Source of the DNA: Methanobacteriota archaeon
Lineage (GTDB): Archaea; Halobacteriota; Bog-38; Methanoflorentales; Methanoflorentaceae
Direction of reading: 5' to 3'
DNA length: 64,000 bases
NCBI GenBank assembly: GCA_963719035.1
Contig: CAVRAO010000008.1
Coordinates: forward strand, 288,001-352,000
Positions 1 to 11,120 of the stretch are shown piece by piece. The first letter of the stretch is position 1, and every line of letters starts with the position of its first letter. Position numbers and translations under genes: made by a program. Below the pieces are notes generated by a model. The model had not been told where the DNA came from and searched no databases. It was given only the letters and a program-made list of their open reading frames with translations.

Positions 1-1036
1 AATGGTTTGCGCTGCTGAAGACGTAGAATCAGGAAAAACAGGCCTCGAAGATATTAGATTCATTCATAATGCAGTTCCGGAAATTGCAAAGTCAAAAATC
101 GATGTGACTGCTGAATTCTTAGGAAGACGTTTCACAGCCCCTATCTTTATTGCAGGAATGACAGGTGGACACAGGGAAGCTACCGCTGTGAATGCTGCGC
201 TTTCAACGGCAGCAGAGCAACTAGGAATCGGCATTGGTGTCGGGAGCCAACGCGCAGCGATTGAACACCCTGAACAAATCGAGTCATTTAGCATAGTCAG
301 GGAGCGAGCGCCTAATGCCTTCGTGGTAGCTAACATTGGTGTTACTCAAATCAAGGAGTATGACCTAGATATTATCGAACGCATAATCGAAATGGTGGAC
401 GCAGACGCGCTGGCAATTCACCTCAATTTCCTGCAGGAAGCTGTACAACCGGAAGGGAATACCGACGCAGAAGGCTGCCTCGACGCCATAAAATCACTTA
501 GCGAATCCCTGCGGGTGCCGATTATCGCCAAGGAGACCGGTGCTGGCATTTCTAGAGAGGCAGCAACTCTTCTAAAAAAGGCAGGAGCGTCTGCGATTGA
601 CGTGGGTGGTGCTGGAGGCACAAGCTGGGCTAAAGTTGAGACGTATCGTGCACAGACAGACCCTCTGCTCGAGAGATTGGGAGTACTATACAGCAACTGG
701 GGTATACCTACTACGGTATCCATTTTAGAGTCTTTGATCCTGCCCGTTATCGGAACCGGGGGAATTAGGCACGGCCTTCACGTGGCCAAAGCAATTGCTC
801 TTGGAGCGTCGTTGTGTGGTATAGGGTTGCCTTTATTGAAACTCGCAATAGAAGGTCCAGAAAATGTAATAAGCGAGATCACAACGATAACTGAAGAATT
901 GAAAGTTGCTATGTTGCTCACGGGATGTAGGACACTCGCTGATCTTAAAAGATGCTCACTTATTATCTCAGGCGAAACCAAAGAGATCTTGCAGCAACGT
1001 GGATTTAACCTAACAGAGCTTCAGACAAGGAGGTAG
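1..1036 (+). CDS. fni: Type 2 isopentenyl-diphosphate delta-isomerase (probably 5'-truncated by window edge)
   Basis: Motifs MTGG, GVGSQR, HLNxLQE, KETGAG, GAGGTSW; the usual N-terminal RKxxH segment is missing, so the gene likely starts upstream. Confidence 0.95.
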   Translation, partial: MVCAAEDVESGKTGLEDIRFIHNAVPEIAKSKIDVTAEFLGRRFTAPIFIAGMTGGHREATAVNAALSTAAEQLGIGIGVGSQRAAIEHPEQIESFSIVRERAPNAFVVANIGVTQIKEYDLDIIERIIEMVDADALAIHLNFLQEAVQPEGNTDAEGCLDAIKSLSESLRVPIIAKETGAGISREAATLLKKAGASAIDVGGAGGTSWAKVETYRAQTDPLLERLGVLYSNWGIPTTVSILESLILPVIGTGGIRHGLHVAKAIALGASLCGIGLPLLKLAIEGPENVISEITTITEELKVAMLLTGCRTLADLKRCSLIISGETKEILQQRGFNLTELQTRR

Positions 1037-1040
1037 TCTA

Positions 1041-2381
1041 GTGGAGATAGAAGTTAACGCAATTGGCGGCTACGAAGAAGTCGGGCGCAATATGACTGCT
1101 ATTCGGGTGAAAAAAGACATCGTAGTCATAGATATGGGGCTCAGGCTAGACAGGATAGCGATTCACGAGGATGCAGAAATAGAGAAGATGCATCCTATTG
1201 ACTTAATCAAGATGGGAGCGATACCAAATGACGCACCGCTGAGTCAATCCAAGAGGGCTGTAAAGGCGATAGTCTGCACGCATGGACATCTTGATCATAT
1301 AGGCGCAGTGCCGAAGCTCGCACACAGATATGACGCCCCAATAATCGCGACACCGTTTACCGCTGAGCTGATAGCACAACAGATCCAGGCCGAGAAGAAG
1401 TTCGGCGTCGAAAATCCCCTTTATACGCTTGAAGCGGGACAAGTGTACCAAATAACTCCCGATATAGCAGTTGAATTCGTAAGAGCGACACACAGCATAC
1501 CCGATCCAATATTTGCCGTGCTACATACGCCGGCCGGCGCTCTCGTCTATGCGAACGACTTCAAGCTCGATCGAACTCCTGTGATTGGCAAACCCCCAGA
1601 CTTCAATCGCCTTAAAAGTCTGGGAAAAGAGGGAGTGCTCGCTTTGATCGTCGAAAGCACTCGAGTAAAGGAGGTCGGCAAAACCCCGTCAGAACAGATT
1701 GCTAAAGACCTAGTTCGCGACGTACTGCTTGGAACTGAAGAAGAAGACAAAGGGGTGCTTGTCACGACGTTTTCGTCACATATCGCCCGCGTAAAGACAA
1801 TCTTCGAAGCGGCTCAAGAGATGGACCGACGCCCACTGATCCTCGGCCGCTCTATGGAGCGATATCTGGGAACAGCTGAAAGGATGGGATATGTAGAGCT
1901 TCCAAATGACATTGGTGTGTACGGAAACAGGAGATCGGTAGATAAAATATTGAGACGAGTGATGCAGGAGGGCAAAGACAATTACCTTCCGATAATCACG
2001 GGTCATCAAGGAGAGCCCGAAGCTATGCTCACGAGGGTCGCACGCGACCTGACGCCCTATCAAGTTACGCCTGGCGACAAGATCGTGTTTTCTGCTGACG
2101 TGATCCCCAACCCGCTCAATGCGGGCAACCGATATTCGCTCGAAACAAAGCTCAAAATGCACGGTTCGCGGCTTTATACCAACGTCCACGTCTCAGGACA
2201 CGCGGCCCGTGAAGACCATTGGGAAATGATCAAGATGCTCAAACCAAGCCACATTTTTCCAACACACGGAGATCTGACGATGACGAGCTCTTACGTAGAA
2301 CTGGCGGAAGAAGCTGGTTACAGCCTGCGGGACAATATTCACCTTTTGAGGAACGGCCAGAACATTTCGGTAAAACCTTAG
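1041..2381 (+). CDS. rnj: Archaeal RNase J (beta-CASP ribonuclease)
   Basis: GGYEEVGRNMT, HGHLDH, HSIP, FSSH, HVSGHA motifs; conserved fni-rnj-idsA-gltX synteny; GGAGGT RBS before GTG. Confidence 0.93.
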   Translation: MEIEVNAIGGYEEVGRNMTAIRVKKDIVVIDMGLRLDRIAIHEDAEIEKMHPIDLIKMGAIPNDAPLSQSKRAVKAIVCTHGHLDHIGAVPKLAHRYDAPIIATPFTAELIAQQIQAEKKFGVENPLYTLEAGQVYQITPDIAVEFVRATHSIPDPIFAVLHTPAGALVYANDFKLDRTPVIGKPPDFNRLKSLGKEGVLALIVESTRVKEVGKTPSEQIAKDLVRDVLLGTEEEDKGVLVTTFSSHIARVKTIFEAAQEMDRRPLILGRSMERYLGTAERMGYVELPNDIGVYGNRRSVDKILRRVMQEGKDNYLPIITGHQGEPEAMLTRVARDLTPYQVTPGDKIVFSADVIPNPLNAGNRYSLETKLKMHGSRLYTNVHVSGHAAREDHWEMIKMLKPSHIFPTHGDLTMTSSYVELAEEAGYSLRDNIHLLRNGQNISVKP

Positions 2382-2439
2382 AAGCCAAGAGGAAACCGCC
2401 CCTAGAGCCGCATATCGTTAGCGAAATCGCAGCGCTTTC

Positions 2440-3423
2440 ATGGAGATGCCAAAAATGAACAGTTTGAGCAACGACTTAGGCAAAAGAAAGGATATGATCG
2501 ACAATGCGCTAGATGACTATGTCCAGGTAGTTTTTCCCGAAGAATTGTACAGAGCTGCCCGCCATCTCATTGAAGCGGGCGGGAAAAGGCTGCGGCCTTC
2601 AGTTTTACTAATGGCTGCCCAAACGGTTGACCCGGACATCGCTATAGACACGATAATTCCCGCCGCGGTCTCCGTGGAGCTCATTCACAATTTTACATTA
2701 ATTCACGACGATATCATGGATGCTGATGAGACGAGACGCTCCATTGAGACCGTTCACACAAAGTGGGGGATGTCACAAGGCGTTCTAGCAGGCGATGCAC
2801 TTTACGCCAAAGCCTTTGAAGTGCTTTCGTATACGAGAAAAGAACCAGACAAGGTGACAAAATGTCTTCGGCTGCTCGCCAAGGCATGTTTACGCATCTG
2901 CGAAGGGCAATGGCTCGACATCGCGTTCGAGCATAATCGGAACGTATCGGAGGCAGACTACCTCGACATGGTTCAAAAAAAGACCGCTGTCCTTTATGCA
3001 GCGAGTCTTGCCATGGGAGGTATACTCGGAGGCGGCACTGACGATGAAGTGCACGCTCTTTGGGAATTTGGCATTGCCATCGGTATCAGTTTTCAGATCC
3101 GCGATGACGTGCTCGACCTCATTACACCATACGAAGTGCTCGGAAAAGACAGAGCAAGCGACCTCACAGAAGACAAGATGACGCTTATTATGATACACGG
3201 GCTTAACCATGGGATAACCCTTGACCCATCTAAACTTACGACAGAAAATGAAATCGACAAAGCGATTGAAGCTTTGCAGAATGCTGGATCGATAGATTAC
3301 GCCATGGAAAAGGCGCGAGAGCTTCTAAAAGTCGGCAAGTCGCGACTCTCTATTATAGCCGATTCAGAGGCAAAAGATAATTTACTCGCACTCGCGGACC
3401 ATATGATTTCCAGAGTCTATTGA
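2440..3423 (+). CDS. idsA: Geranylgeranyl diphosphate synthase (polyprenyl synthetase)
   Basis: GGKRLRP, FTLIHDDIMD (FARM), GQxLD, KTA, FQIRDDVLD (SARM). Confidence 0.93.
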   Translation: MEMPKMNSLSNDLGKRKDMIDNALDDYVQVVFPEELYRAARHLIEAGGKRLRPSVLLMAAQTVDPDIAIDTIIPAAVSVELIHNFTLIHDDIMDADETRRSIETVHTKWGMSQGVLAGDALYAKAFEVLSYTRKEPDKVTKCLRLLAKACLRICEGQWLDIAFEHNRNVSEADYLDMVQKKTAVLYAASLAMGGILGGGTDDEVHALWEFGIAIGISFQIRDDVLDLITPYEVLGKDRASDLTEDKMTLIMIHGLNHGITLDPSKLTTENEIDKAIEALQNAGSIDYAMEKARELLKVGKSRLSIIADSEAKDNLLALADHMISRVY

Positions 3424-3446
3424 TTGTTATCAGTCGAGGCGATCGA

Positions 3447-5135
3447 GTGGATCCTCAGGTTTTAAGCACAGAGATTAAAGCACGAGCGCTCCAAAATGCG
3501 ATTCGACACGGAGGTAAGGCAGACCGACGTGCCGTCATATCAAAGCTTATTGGCGATTATCCCGAACTTAGACAGCAAGCTTCAGCAATATCAAGCTCAA
3601 TGGACGACGTCATAGCTGAGGTCAACGTCCTGACACTCGATGAACAGAGAGAATTGCTCGAAGAAATAGCCCCAGAACTGCTAAGTCACGAAGGACAGCA
3701 GCGAGGCGAGAGAACCCATCTCCCGGAGCTGCCGCACTGCGAACGCGTGATCATGCGATTCGCACCTAATCCTAATGGGCCCGCTACTCTCGGCAGCGCA
3801 CGCGGAATTGTTGTCAATTCTGAATACGCTAGAAGATATGACGGTACATTTATTTTGCGTTTTGATGATACCGACCCTCAAACGAAGCGGCCAATGCTTG
3901 AAGCGTACGCGTGGTACCTCGAGGATTGTGAATGGCTTGGTGCTACCCCAAACATCGTGGTTAACGCTTCCGACCAAATGGAGGTATATTACCGTTACGC
4001 TGAAAAACTCATCGCAATGGGTGCGGCCTATGTTTGCACTTGCCCCCAACAGCACTTTAAGGCGCTTAAAGAAGCAGGATTGGCGTGTCCTAATCGCGAC
4101 AATGCACCTGAACTGAATATGAAGCTTTGGAAACAAATGCTCGACGGTCATTTTAGCGAAAAAGAAGCGGTTTTAAGAATTAAAACTGATATAACCCATA
4201 AAAATCCTGCTTTACGCGACTGGATAGGCTTCCGAATTGTCGATCTGACGCACCCCAGAGGGCTCACATTTCGAGTGTGGCCGCTGCTTGATTTCGAATC
4301 GGCCATTGAAGACCACGAGCTAGGGGTCACGCATATAATCAGAGGAAAAGATTTGCGTGATAGTGAAAAAAGACAGAAGTTCCTTTACGACCATCTAAGG
4401 TGGGAGTACCCGTTCACCTTACACTGGGGAAGGATTAGTGTGCACGAATTCGGCAAGTTCTCAACAAGTGCACTGAAGAAGCAGATTAGCGAAGGACTTT
4501 ACAGTGGGTGGGATGACCCTAGACTCCCAACACTAAGGGCTTTGCGGAGGCGAGGTTTTACTCCAGAAGCGATCAAGCGCTTTATTGTGAAGCTTGGCGT
4601 TAACGAATCGGATATTAGCGTGAGCCTAGAGAACCTCTATGCTGAGAATAGAAAAATCGTGGACCCGGTTGCTCATAGATATTTCTTCGTAGATGATCCG
4701 GTCCTTATGCACATAGCCGAAAGCGCCCCTACCATAGCCCATGCACCGCTGCACCCGTCAGATCCTAATGTGTACAGAGAGATTCCCGTCGAAGCAGACG
4801 TTTGCATAAGTACAAAAGACAATACGTTTTCTCTAGGCGATTTGGTGCGATTGAAGGACCTTTATAACGTTAGAATTGTGCGCAAAGAACCTCTAGAAGC
4901 AGAATACGCCGGCCACGAAATAGTGAAAGGCACGAAAATAATCCACTGGGCCCCGCCTGACGGGCCTATGGTTCAGGTGCTCACGCCGAGCGGAGTCGAT
5001 GTAGGAGTTGGCGAAGCTGGCATTGAAAATGAACTAGACAATGTGGTGCAATTTGAACGTTACGGATTTGTTAGAGTTGATAGGGTGGAACGAGACGGAT
5101 TGACAAAAATAACGTGCTACTTTACCCATCGGTAG
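3447..5135 (+). CDS. gltX: Glutamyl-tRNA synthetase (archaeal type)
   Basis: RFAPNPNG, LRFDDTDP, THIIRGKD, GWDDPRLPT, QFERYGF; start moved to GTG 3447. Confidence 0.95.
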   Translation: MDPQVLSTEIKARALQNAIRHGGKADRRAVISKLIGDYPELRQQASAISSSMDDVIAEVNVLTLDEQRELLEEIAPELLSHEGQQRGERTHLPELPHCERVIMRFAPNPNGPATLGSARGIVVNSEYARRYDGTFILRFDDTDPQTKRPMLEAYAWYLEDCEWLGATPNIVVNASDQMEVYYRYAEKLIAMGAAYVCTCPQQHFKALKEAGLACPNRDNAPELNMKLWKQMLDGHFSEKEAVLRIKTDITHKNPALRDWIGFRIVDLTHPRGLTFRVWPLLDFESAIEDHELGVTHIIRGKDLRDSEKRQKFLYDHLRWEYPFTLHWGRISVHEFGKFSTSALKKQISEGLYSGWDDPRLPTLRALRRRGFTPEAIKRFIVKLGVNESDISVSLENLYAENRKIVDPVAHRYFFVDDPVLMHIAESAPTIAHAPLHPSDPNVYREIPVEADVCISTKDNTFSLGDLVRLKDLYNVRIVRKEPLEAEYAGHEIVKGTKIIHWAPPDGPMVQVLTPSGVDVGVGEAGIENELDNVVQFERYGFVRVDRVERDGLTKITCYFTHR

Positions 5136-5178
5136 ATCTAAGCGACACCTCATCTCTAAACGGTGAACGAGTGCCGCG

Positions 5179-6969
5179 TTAAGAATTGAACAGAACGAGT
5201 AACAACGATATAGCTACAGACGCAATAATCACAGAGATTGCTAAGGCGCCGCCCATTGCCATTATAGCATTTACTGTACTTGCGAGCTCTGCAGTCTTTT
5301 GCGAGCCAAAAACAGATACACCTGTAGCTTGTTGGGTGTTCATCCCAAACGAAACCTGCTCTAGATCCTCCTCTGCCTCATCAACAAGCTCTATGATCGT
5401 CTTCAACAGAACGCCGTTGTCGGCTCTGAGCCCCAACCAGTTCGCACCACCAAAGGAGTTCACGACGTGGTTGTCAGTGGTCATGATTTCCGCTTCATCG
5501 ACTTTCAAAGCGCTGACAACCATTTCCCGCAAATTTGGGACCATGTTATTAGCATCCGCCAAGATGTACGCTGTTCGCTGTCCTCCAGCGTCAACCAAAG
5601 CAACCTGAATTCCGAGATCACCCATACCCTCGTCTCGTCTGAAAATAGGCCCCTTACTAGCTATTCCAAGCTTTATATCAGTTTCAAGGGGTTCTGTTAA
5701 CATCAGTCGTGACGAGGCCTCCCTAATCGCGTCAATCAGATCGAATGAATTCTTCGTGCCCGCCCAGATGGATGACGCATATGGAGTCGTGCAGTTGTGT
5801 GCATCAATCAACACAGAAAATCGAACACCCTGTGTTCTCGCTTCAGCACTAGCAACCAGACCAAGCCCAAATTCAATATCCTCTGTAGATTCGGGCGACA
5901 AAGTCGATATAAACAGAATTGAGTTGCCAAATCTTTGAGCGAGAAGTTTTACCTGGCCTTTCTTTACTCTAATTGATTTTGATGCGTCTGTGCCATATTG
6001 GGTGTTTTCCAGCGCGCGTGCCGCAGCTTCAACTATTTTCAGTGACTCTTTTGCCGAAACTAAATTGAAATCGTGCGTCGCGGTTCCGTGGGGAACCAAA
6101 ACCTCTCCGCCATCGAGATTGTCTACTATCCTCACGGGCAGATTTCCGCCGCCAAGCTCACCGACTGGACCTGGATGTACGGCTGGGATAACAAAAGTGG
6201 CTTTAAGCTGTTCTTTGGACCTAAAGGAGAGGGTAGTGACGGGAACTGTCACAGATTCGCCTATCTTTTTAAAGAAGTCTTCCATCCCAGGGGCGCCGTC
6301 GACTGCTTGTGCAATGTAGCCACGAATGAAATCTATGCCGCTAACGCCGAACGACTTTCTTAAAGGTGCATCGATGTACCGTATGAATACTAGCGTCCCC
6401 ACCGTGAAAATGATGCTTATTATGACTAAATTCACGACGTAGCCCGTGACCCCGAATAACGGCAAGAAAATAGCCCCAAATATAGTTTGAAGTGAAGCAG
6501 GGCCTACATTTCGGGCAACGCTCTTCATCGTTGTGGCCATCAACACTAAAAGCCTGAAAGCAAAAACTACGCCTAATGACATGACGTACGCTGAAAACGT
6601 CAGCTGCCAACCTGTAACAAACGAAATCACCGCACCGATTATACAAAAAAGGCTAATAATTATGGCTCCAACGAACGCCAACAAAGCGGAACGATTGATG
6701 GTCATAGTTCCTTGCAACAACCGAGCCAGCGGATGAGTAAAAGCGGCGGCCATTACTGCTGGGATACCAATAAGGACCAAGCCAGCGAGAAGATTCTCTC
6801 TCAACCCAAGGTTAAAGACGCCCGCGCCGACCACGAGAGATAATGCAAGCGTAAATGGGATCGTGTTTTTCCATCGTGGCGCTGTAAAGACATATTTCAT
6901 CAGTCCAGCAGTCCGCTCTTCCATCCCCTTTACAACTTTCTCCTTCGGGCCAAACAACCTAAGCTTCAT
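5179..6969 (-). CDS. DUF2070 family membrane protein
   Basis: N-terminal TM bundle, then HPGP, PHG..HDFN, DAHN, DANN, TTDNH motifs; ATGA overlap with the upstream gene. Confidence 0.85.
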   Translation of the reverse strand: MKLRLFGPKEKVVKGMEERTAGLMKYVFTAPRWKNTIPFTLALSLVVGAGVFNLGLRENLLAGLVLIGIPAVMAAAFTHPLARLLQGTMTINRSALLAFVGAIIISLFCIIGAVISFVTGWQLTFSAYVMSLGVVFAFRLLVLMATTMKSVARNVGPASLQTIFGAIFLPLFGVTGYVVNLVIISIIFTVGTLVFIRYIDAPLRKSFGVSGIDFIRGYIAQAVDGAPGMEDFFKKIGESVTVPVTTLSFRSKEQLKATFVIPAVHPGPVGELGGGNLPVRIVDNLDGGEVLVPHGTATHDFNLVSAKESLKIVEAAARALENTQYGTDASKSIRVKKGQVKLLAQRFGNSILFISTLSPESTEDIEFGLGLVASAEARTQGVRFSVLIDAHNCTTPYASSIWAGTKNSFDLIDAIREASSRLMLTEPLETDIKLGIASKGPIFRRDEGMGDLGIQVALVDAGGQRTAYILADANNMVPNLREMVVSALKVDEAEIMTTDNHVVNSFGGANWLGLRADNGVLLKTIIELVDEAEEDLEQVSFGMNTQQATGVSVFGSQKTAELASTVNAIMAMGGALAISVIIASVAISLLLVLFNS

Positions 6970-7647
6970 CGATTCGCCCCGCTCTTTTCTTGAAGTTCTA
7001 GCTTACGAATTTCTATATGCCCTCTGCACTGTCCGTCAAACCACTTCTTTTCATAACTGATTATCTTAATGCGTTTGTGAAAGATCGGCGCATCGAGGAC
7101 GAGCGTTTCGTACTCTCCCCCTTCCCCCATAATATGCACTCCGTATCTTCGATGCAAAACAGATAAATCGTCAACCGCTTCTTCATCGATTGTACAGACC
7201 TAGCCACGATTCATCCAATCCTTGCGCCGCTACCTGAACGACTGTAATTTGCATTAAGCGCGCCATTGCCCGTAGCAGATGTTCACTGCCTCTGTTCCAA
7301 AGGGGTGCATACAGGTCCAATTGCAGCTTGTCGCAGAGCGTTTTAAATCGACTCATCTGGTAGTTTGATGCTATCGTACCCACTACAACCCCGTCTACTT
7401 CTAGATCTTGCAGCAAGCTTCTTAGTACGACCAACTCGTCCTCATATGAAGAAGATACGCCCGATGTTAGTGGGATACCGACAGCTTGTGAAATTAGAGG
7501 GGTGACATGTACACACGGTGTGTGATACATAAATGAGTCTTCTACAGGTTGAATGTTCACCAAATGCACCACTTCGTGTGCATACGACGCGCACGTTAGT
7601 GCGCAGATTGAGTCCTTGCCCCCCGAAATCAAAGCAGCTAAACGCAT
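6966..7647 (-). CDS. dph6: Diphthine-ammonia ligase-like PP-loop ATPase, interrupted by a +1 frameshift near 7196
   Basis: SGGKDS, PLW, GEGGEYETLVLDAP split over ORFs 7183-7647 and 6966-7157; removing one base gives continuous WLGRTIDEEAVDDLSVLHRRYG. Confidence 0.85.
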
Positions 7648-7680
7648 TCAGTCTCCGCGCTTAATTAGAACAGGCAAGTG

Positions 7681-8025
7681 TCAGTCTTCTTTTAGAATAA
7701 CGTCAATTGCTTTAAGCGGCACATCTACCAAAGCTTTGCCTATTACTGACTTTGCGATTTTTGCTGCGTGGGACTCGTTTTCGGCATTCAATATTTTGAT
7801 TTCGAGTATCAATCCGACGAGGGCTGTTTTCGCCACTAAATACGCACTGTTTAATGTTTCTCCGCACGCGGGACAAGATATTGACCCGACTGCGACTTCA
7901 ACCTTGCTGAGCTTCGGGTTTAAACGCTTACCAGTCTCCGCTATCGCTATACCTATAGCATCGTCTACCGATTTGACGTCTTTTACAAGCCATGCTGCCT
8001 CGAGTGTGACATAAAAGTCGGGCAT
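7681..8025 (-). CDS. UPF0212/DUF555 family protein
   Basis: [11 protein letters not shown], [22 protein letters not shown]. Confidence 0.85.
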   Translation of the reverse strand: MPDFYVTLEAAWLVKDVKSVDDAIGIAIAETGKRLNPKLSKVEVAVGSISCPACGETLNSAYLVAKTALVGLILEIKILNAENESHAAKIAKSVIGKALVDVPLKAIDVILKED

Positions 8026-8115
8026 ACTTTCTCTTAAGCCTGCACTGTTAATTAATATTCTTATAGGGCGATTCTTCCAAAGACGTTATCGCTTGTTCGA
8101 TCGAAGAGCTGCCGT

Positions 8116-8367
8116 TTAAGCTGTTTTTTCAGTCCGAAGGGCCCCTACGCGAACTCCTGCGTCAAGCCATCCATGGCCATAGCTAAAGCACACCAAAGCA
8201 TTGACTAAATCGCCGATAGCTTGAAAATGAAGCCCATCTTTATAGTAAGACCGCGCCATGACTAAAAAATCTGTTGAAATCTTATCGTTGGAAATGATTT
8301 CTACGTGTTCTAGGTCAAAGCGAAGCATTGCTTCATAACGTGCCACCTTCTCTACGATTTCTGACAT
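8116..8367 (-). CDS. DUF357 family protein
   Basis: MARSYYKDG, SYGHGWLDAG; typical position downstream of dph5. Confidence 0.85.
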   Translation of the reverse strand: MSEIVEKVARYEAMLRFDLEHVEIISNDKISTDFLVMARSYYKDGLHFQAIGDLVNALVCFSYGHGWLDAGVRVGALRTEKTA

Positions 8368-8368
8368 T

Positions 8369-9124
8369 TTAAGTACCAGCAAACGTTTGAAGCGCCTCTT
8401 TTTCTACAAAATGAAGTGATGCCGGAATGACAAGAATGTGCATCGGAGGACCAAAGTCGTATTCTTTAAGCTTCCCCAGCGTGTCTGCTCTCACAGTTGG
8501 TGAGCGTGACCCTGCCCTCGCAATGCCAACCCCCTGTAAAGAGGCCAATTGATCTCGTCCTTTCTCGTGTTCGCTGTGAAGTAGCAATTTTATTCCCTGT
8601 CCAAGCGTCATGAATTCTTCTTGTATATCCAAAAAGAGCAACGTATGGAGGTCATTCCTTAGATTCAATGCGACTGTATTGTAAGGCATATCTGAAATTT
8701 CTCTATAAGGAAAAGCAATGGTCGCCGACTTGCCAAAACGATAGTTTTGAAGGCCGGTCAATCCACAAACTGCGGTAGTGATCGACGCACCATGAATAAT
8801 TTGGGTGCTTATTCCTTGGTTGTGCGCCCGTATTCTCAAAGCGACATGTGTTGTAGAAATCATCGCGTCGCCCGCAGTCAAGAAGGCAACGTTCTTGTGT
8901 TTAGCATCTCTTAGAATGTTCTTGTCGGGAGCTTGCTCTACGTCCTCTCTACCAAGCAAATGTATTTCGCGCTTATATAATCCTTCAAGTTTCTCAATTG
9001 TCGTTCCCATCAGCTTTGAAGTATAAAACTCAGCGTATATCACATCGGCATTTTCGATCGCTTTTAGTCCTTTCACTGATACATCGTCTTCATCAAATAG
9101 ACCCAGACCAACGAATGTCAGCAC
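8369..9124 (-). CDS. dph5: Diphthine synthase
   Basis: LTFVGLGL, EFYTS, GDAMISTTH, GLQNYRFGKS, HTLLFLDI; true start GTG 9124 (the longer ORF extension is antisense to trm5). Confidence 0.93.
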   Translation of the reverse strand: MLTFVGLGLFDEDDVSVKGLKAIENADVIYAEFYTSKLMGTTIEKLEGLYKREIHLLGREDVEQAPDKNILRDAKHKNVAFLTAGDAMISTTHVALRIRAHNQGISTQIIHGASITTAVCGLTGLQNYRFGKSATIAFPYREISDMPYNTVALNLRNDLHTLLFLDIQEEFMTLGQGIKLLLHSEHEKGRDQLASLQGVGIARAGSRSPTVRADTLGKLKEYDFGPPMHILVIPASLHFVEKEALQTFAGT

Positions 9125-9277
9125 TGAACTACCCCGATCCGAGAAAGAATTCGGCAAATAGCTTGGTGTCAAATGCAATAGCTTTTTCTCTCTCAGATTG
9201 ACCGCGTTAGTGGTATACAAGCGCAGCTTGTCGAAGACCAGAAAAAAGATAACTTCGAGCGTTCTCTTATCGAGCAG

Positions 9278-10255
9278 ATGGTTGTGTCGCAGAAAAAATG
9301 GTGCGTCACCGCGCCAAAACAAGAAGGCGAGCGGGTCAGGAGAGAGCTCAAGGAGCTTAGCCTCTTGGATGAGAGATATAAAATAGAAGAACGAAACGGA
9401 CGGCTTTACATACCGTTCAAAGGAGGGCCGCACGAACACCGCTATAACGTGGAAGCATGTTCCGTTGACCTTCGGCCGCAAACGCTTCGGAAGAGGCTTG
9501 GAATCAGTTACGATACAATTGGGGACATTGCTATAATCGGTTGGTTCGATGGCGCTCGAGCCGCCGCGACCGAACTTTTGGAGACGCAAAATCACATCAA
9601 AGTTGTTCTCGCTGCGGTTAGCGGTGTGAGTGGCGAGTACAGACTGAAAGATCTCATCTTCGTTGCTGGCGAGAGACGGACGGAGACAGAACACAAAGAG
9701 TACGGCTCCAGACTGCTGATCGATGTCTCGAGAGTTTATTTCAGCCCGCGCTTAGCGACAGAAAGACACCGCTTGGTTGAATTGGCGCAGTCGGATGAGA
9801 CCGTTGCTGACATGTTTGCCGGGGCCGGGCCCTTTACCGTATTACTAGCAAAGAAAGTAAAAAAAGCAATCGCTATTGAGTTGAACCCTGCTGCGTTTCG
9901 TTACCTGAAAAGGAACATCGAATTGAACAAGTTAGATAACGTCAAGGCTTGCTTGGGCGACGCAAAAGACCTAGCACCCAGATTTGCAGGTGCAGCAGAT
10001 CGTGTTATTATGAATTTGCCGCACAGTGCCTTCAATTTCTTGAGCGAAGCCTTGACCATACTCAGCAGCGGCGGTGGCTTTGTCCATTACTACGACGTGA
10101 AACCTGAAAACGAGTTTCCTGAAACCATTGAAAGAGTCAATGAGTTTGTCCAAAATCGTGATAGGACCGTTGAAACGATTTATCTTAAGAAGGTCAGATC
10201 ATACGCTCCACATCAATATCATATCGCAATTGACCTAAAAATCGCTCCACGTTGA
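9278..10255 (+). CDS. trm5: tRNA (guanine37-N1) methyltransferase, Trm5/Met-10+ family
   Basis: YDTIGDIAI, VYFSPRLATE, DMFAGAGPF, ELNP, MNLP, VRSYAP. Confidence 0.85.
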   Translation: MVVSQKKWCVTAPKQEGERVRRELKELSLLDERYKIEERNGRLYIPFKGGPHEHRYNVEACSVDLRPQTLRKRLGISYDTIGDIAIIGWFDGARAAATELLETQNHIKVVLAAVSGVSGEYRLKDLIFVAGERRTETEHKEYGSRLLIDVSRVYFSPRLATERHRLVELAQSDETVADMFAGAGPFTVLLAKKVKKAIAIELNPAAFRYLKRNIELNKLDNVKACLGDAKDLAPRFAGAADRVIMNLPHSAFNFLSEALTILSSGGGFVHYYDVKPENEFPETIERVNEFVQNRDRTVETIYLKKVRSYAPHQYHIAIDLKIAPR

Positions 10256-10304
10256 CTTGGCACGGATTCTGCGTTTGAGCTCGACGCAAACTCGAAAGCG
10301 ACAT

Positions 10305-11108
10305 TCACCTTATCTGTGCAACCAAAGGGGCTTGCCTTTTGTGTGTAGCGCGCTGTACTTGCTCGGAGATTGCTTGAACTTGACGCAATTCCACGCCCAG
10401 CAGTTGGGCTGTTTGCTCAACAGTTTTCTTCTTATCTATTAGTTCACACAAAATTCGATCGAGCAGCGAATAGGAGATGCCGAGTTCTTCCTCATCTGTT
10501 TGTCCTAACCATAGTCCAGCTGAGGGCGCCTTCGAAATTATTCTTTCCGGAATATTTAGATGCCGCGCTAGCTGAAAAACTTGAGTCTTGTAGAGGCCAC
10601 CGATAGGCAGAACGTCCACACCGCCGTCTCCGTACTTGGTGAAGTAGCCAGTGAGCAGCTCTGTTCGATTGCCTGTTCCCAAAACTAGTCGGCGTTCAGC
10701 GTTCGATGCAACATAGTTGAGAGCCATTCTAATTCGAGGCTTCAAATTTGCCTCGGCTATCGAAAGTTGGTCGAGTGTGTGAGCAGGCAGGATCGGCTTC
10801 GCCGATTCTTTGAAGCAGTTGACTAGGTCATTGATGTCAATTATCGTAAACGAGAGCTTATACGCTTCAGCGATAGAAGTTGCATCGAGCACGTCTTGCT
10901 CTGACGTAACTCCTTTTTCCGGCAATATCAACGCTTTCGTATTTACAACGTCGTGCGCCAATGCCGCGACAACTGACGAATCAATTCCCCCACTCAAAGC
11001 AACAACTGCACCTCGAGCATTGGCAGATTGTACTCTAGCTTTTATGAAGCGTTTGAGCTGCCTCAGGATTTTGCCTAAAGCATCTTCATTCAACGCAAGC
11101 GAATACAT
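10305..11108 (-). CDS. nadE: NH3-dependent NAD+ synthetase
   Basis: SGGIDS, NLKPRIRM, GYFTKYGDG, PSAGLW.GQTDE. Confidence 0.95.
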   Translation of the reverse strand: MYSLALNEDALGKILRQLKRFIKARVQSANARGAVVALSGGIDSSVVAALAHDVVNTKALILPEKGVTSEQDVLDATSIAEAYKLSFTIIDINDLVNCFKESAKPILPAHTLDQLSIAEANLKPRIRMALNYVASNAERRLVLGTGNRTELLTGYFTKYGDGGVDVLPIGGLYKTQVFQLARHLNIPERIISKAPSAGLWLGQTDEEELGISYSLLDRILCELIDKKKTVEQTAQLLGVELRQVQAISEQVQRATHKRQAPLVAQIR

Positions 11109-11120
11109 GGTTGAAAGTGG

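Noticed and set aside
9125-9694. 190-aa N-terminal extension of Dph5
   Set aside because: Shadow of trm5 on the opposite strand; real start GTG 9124
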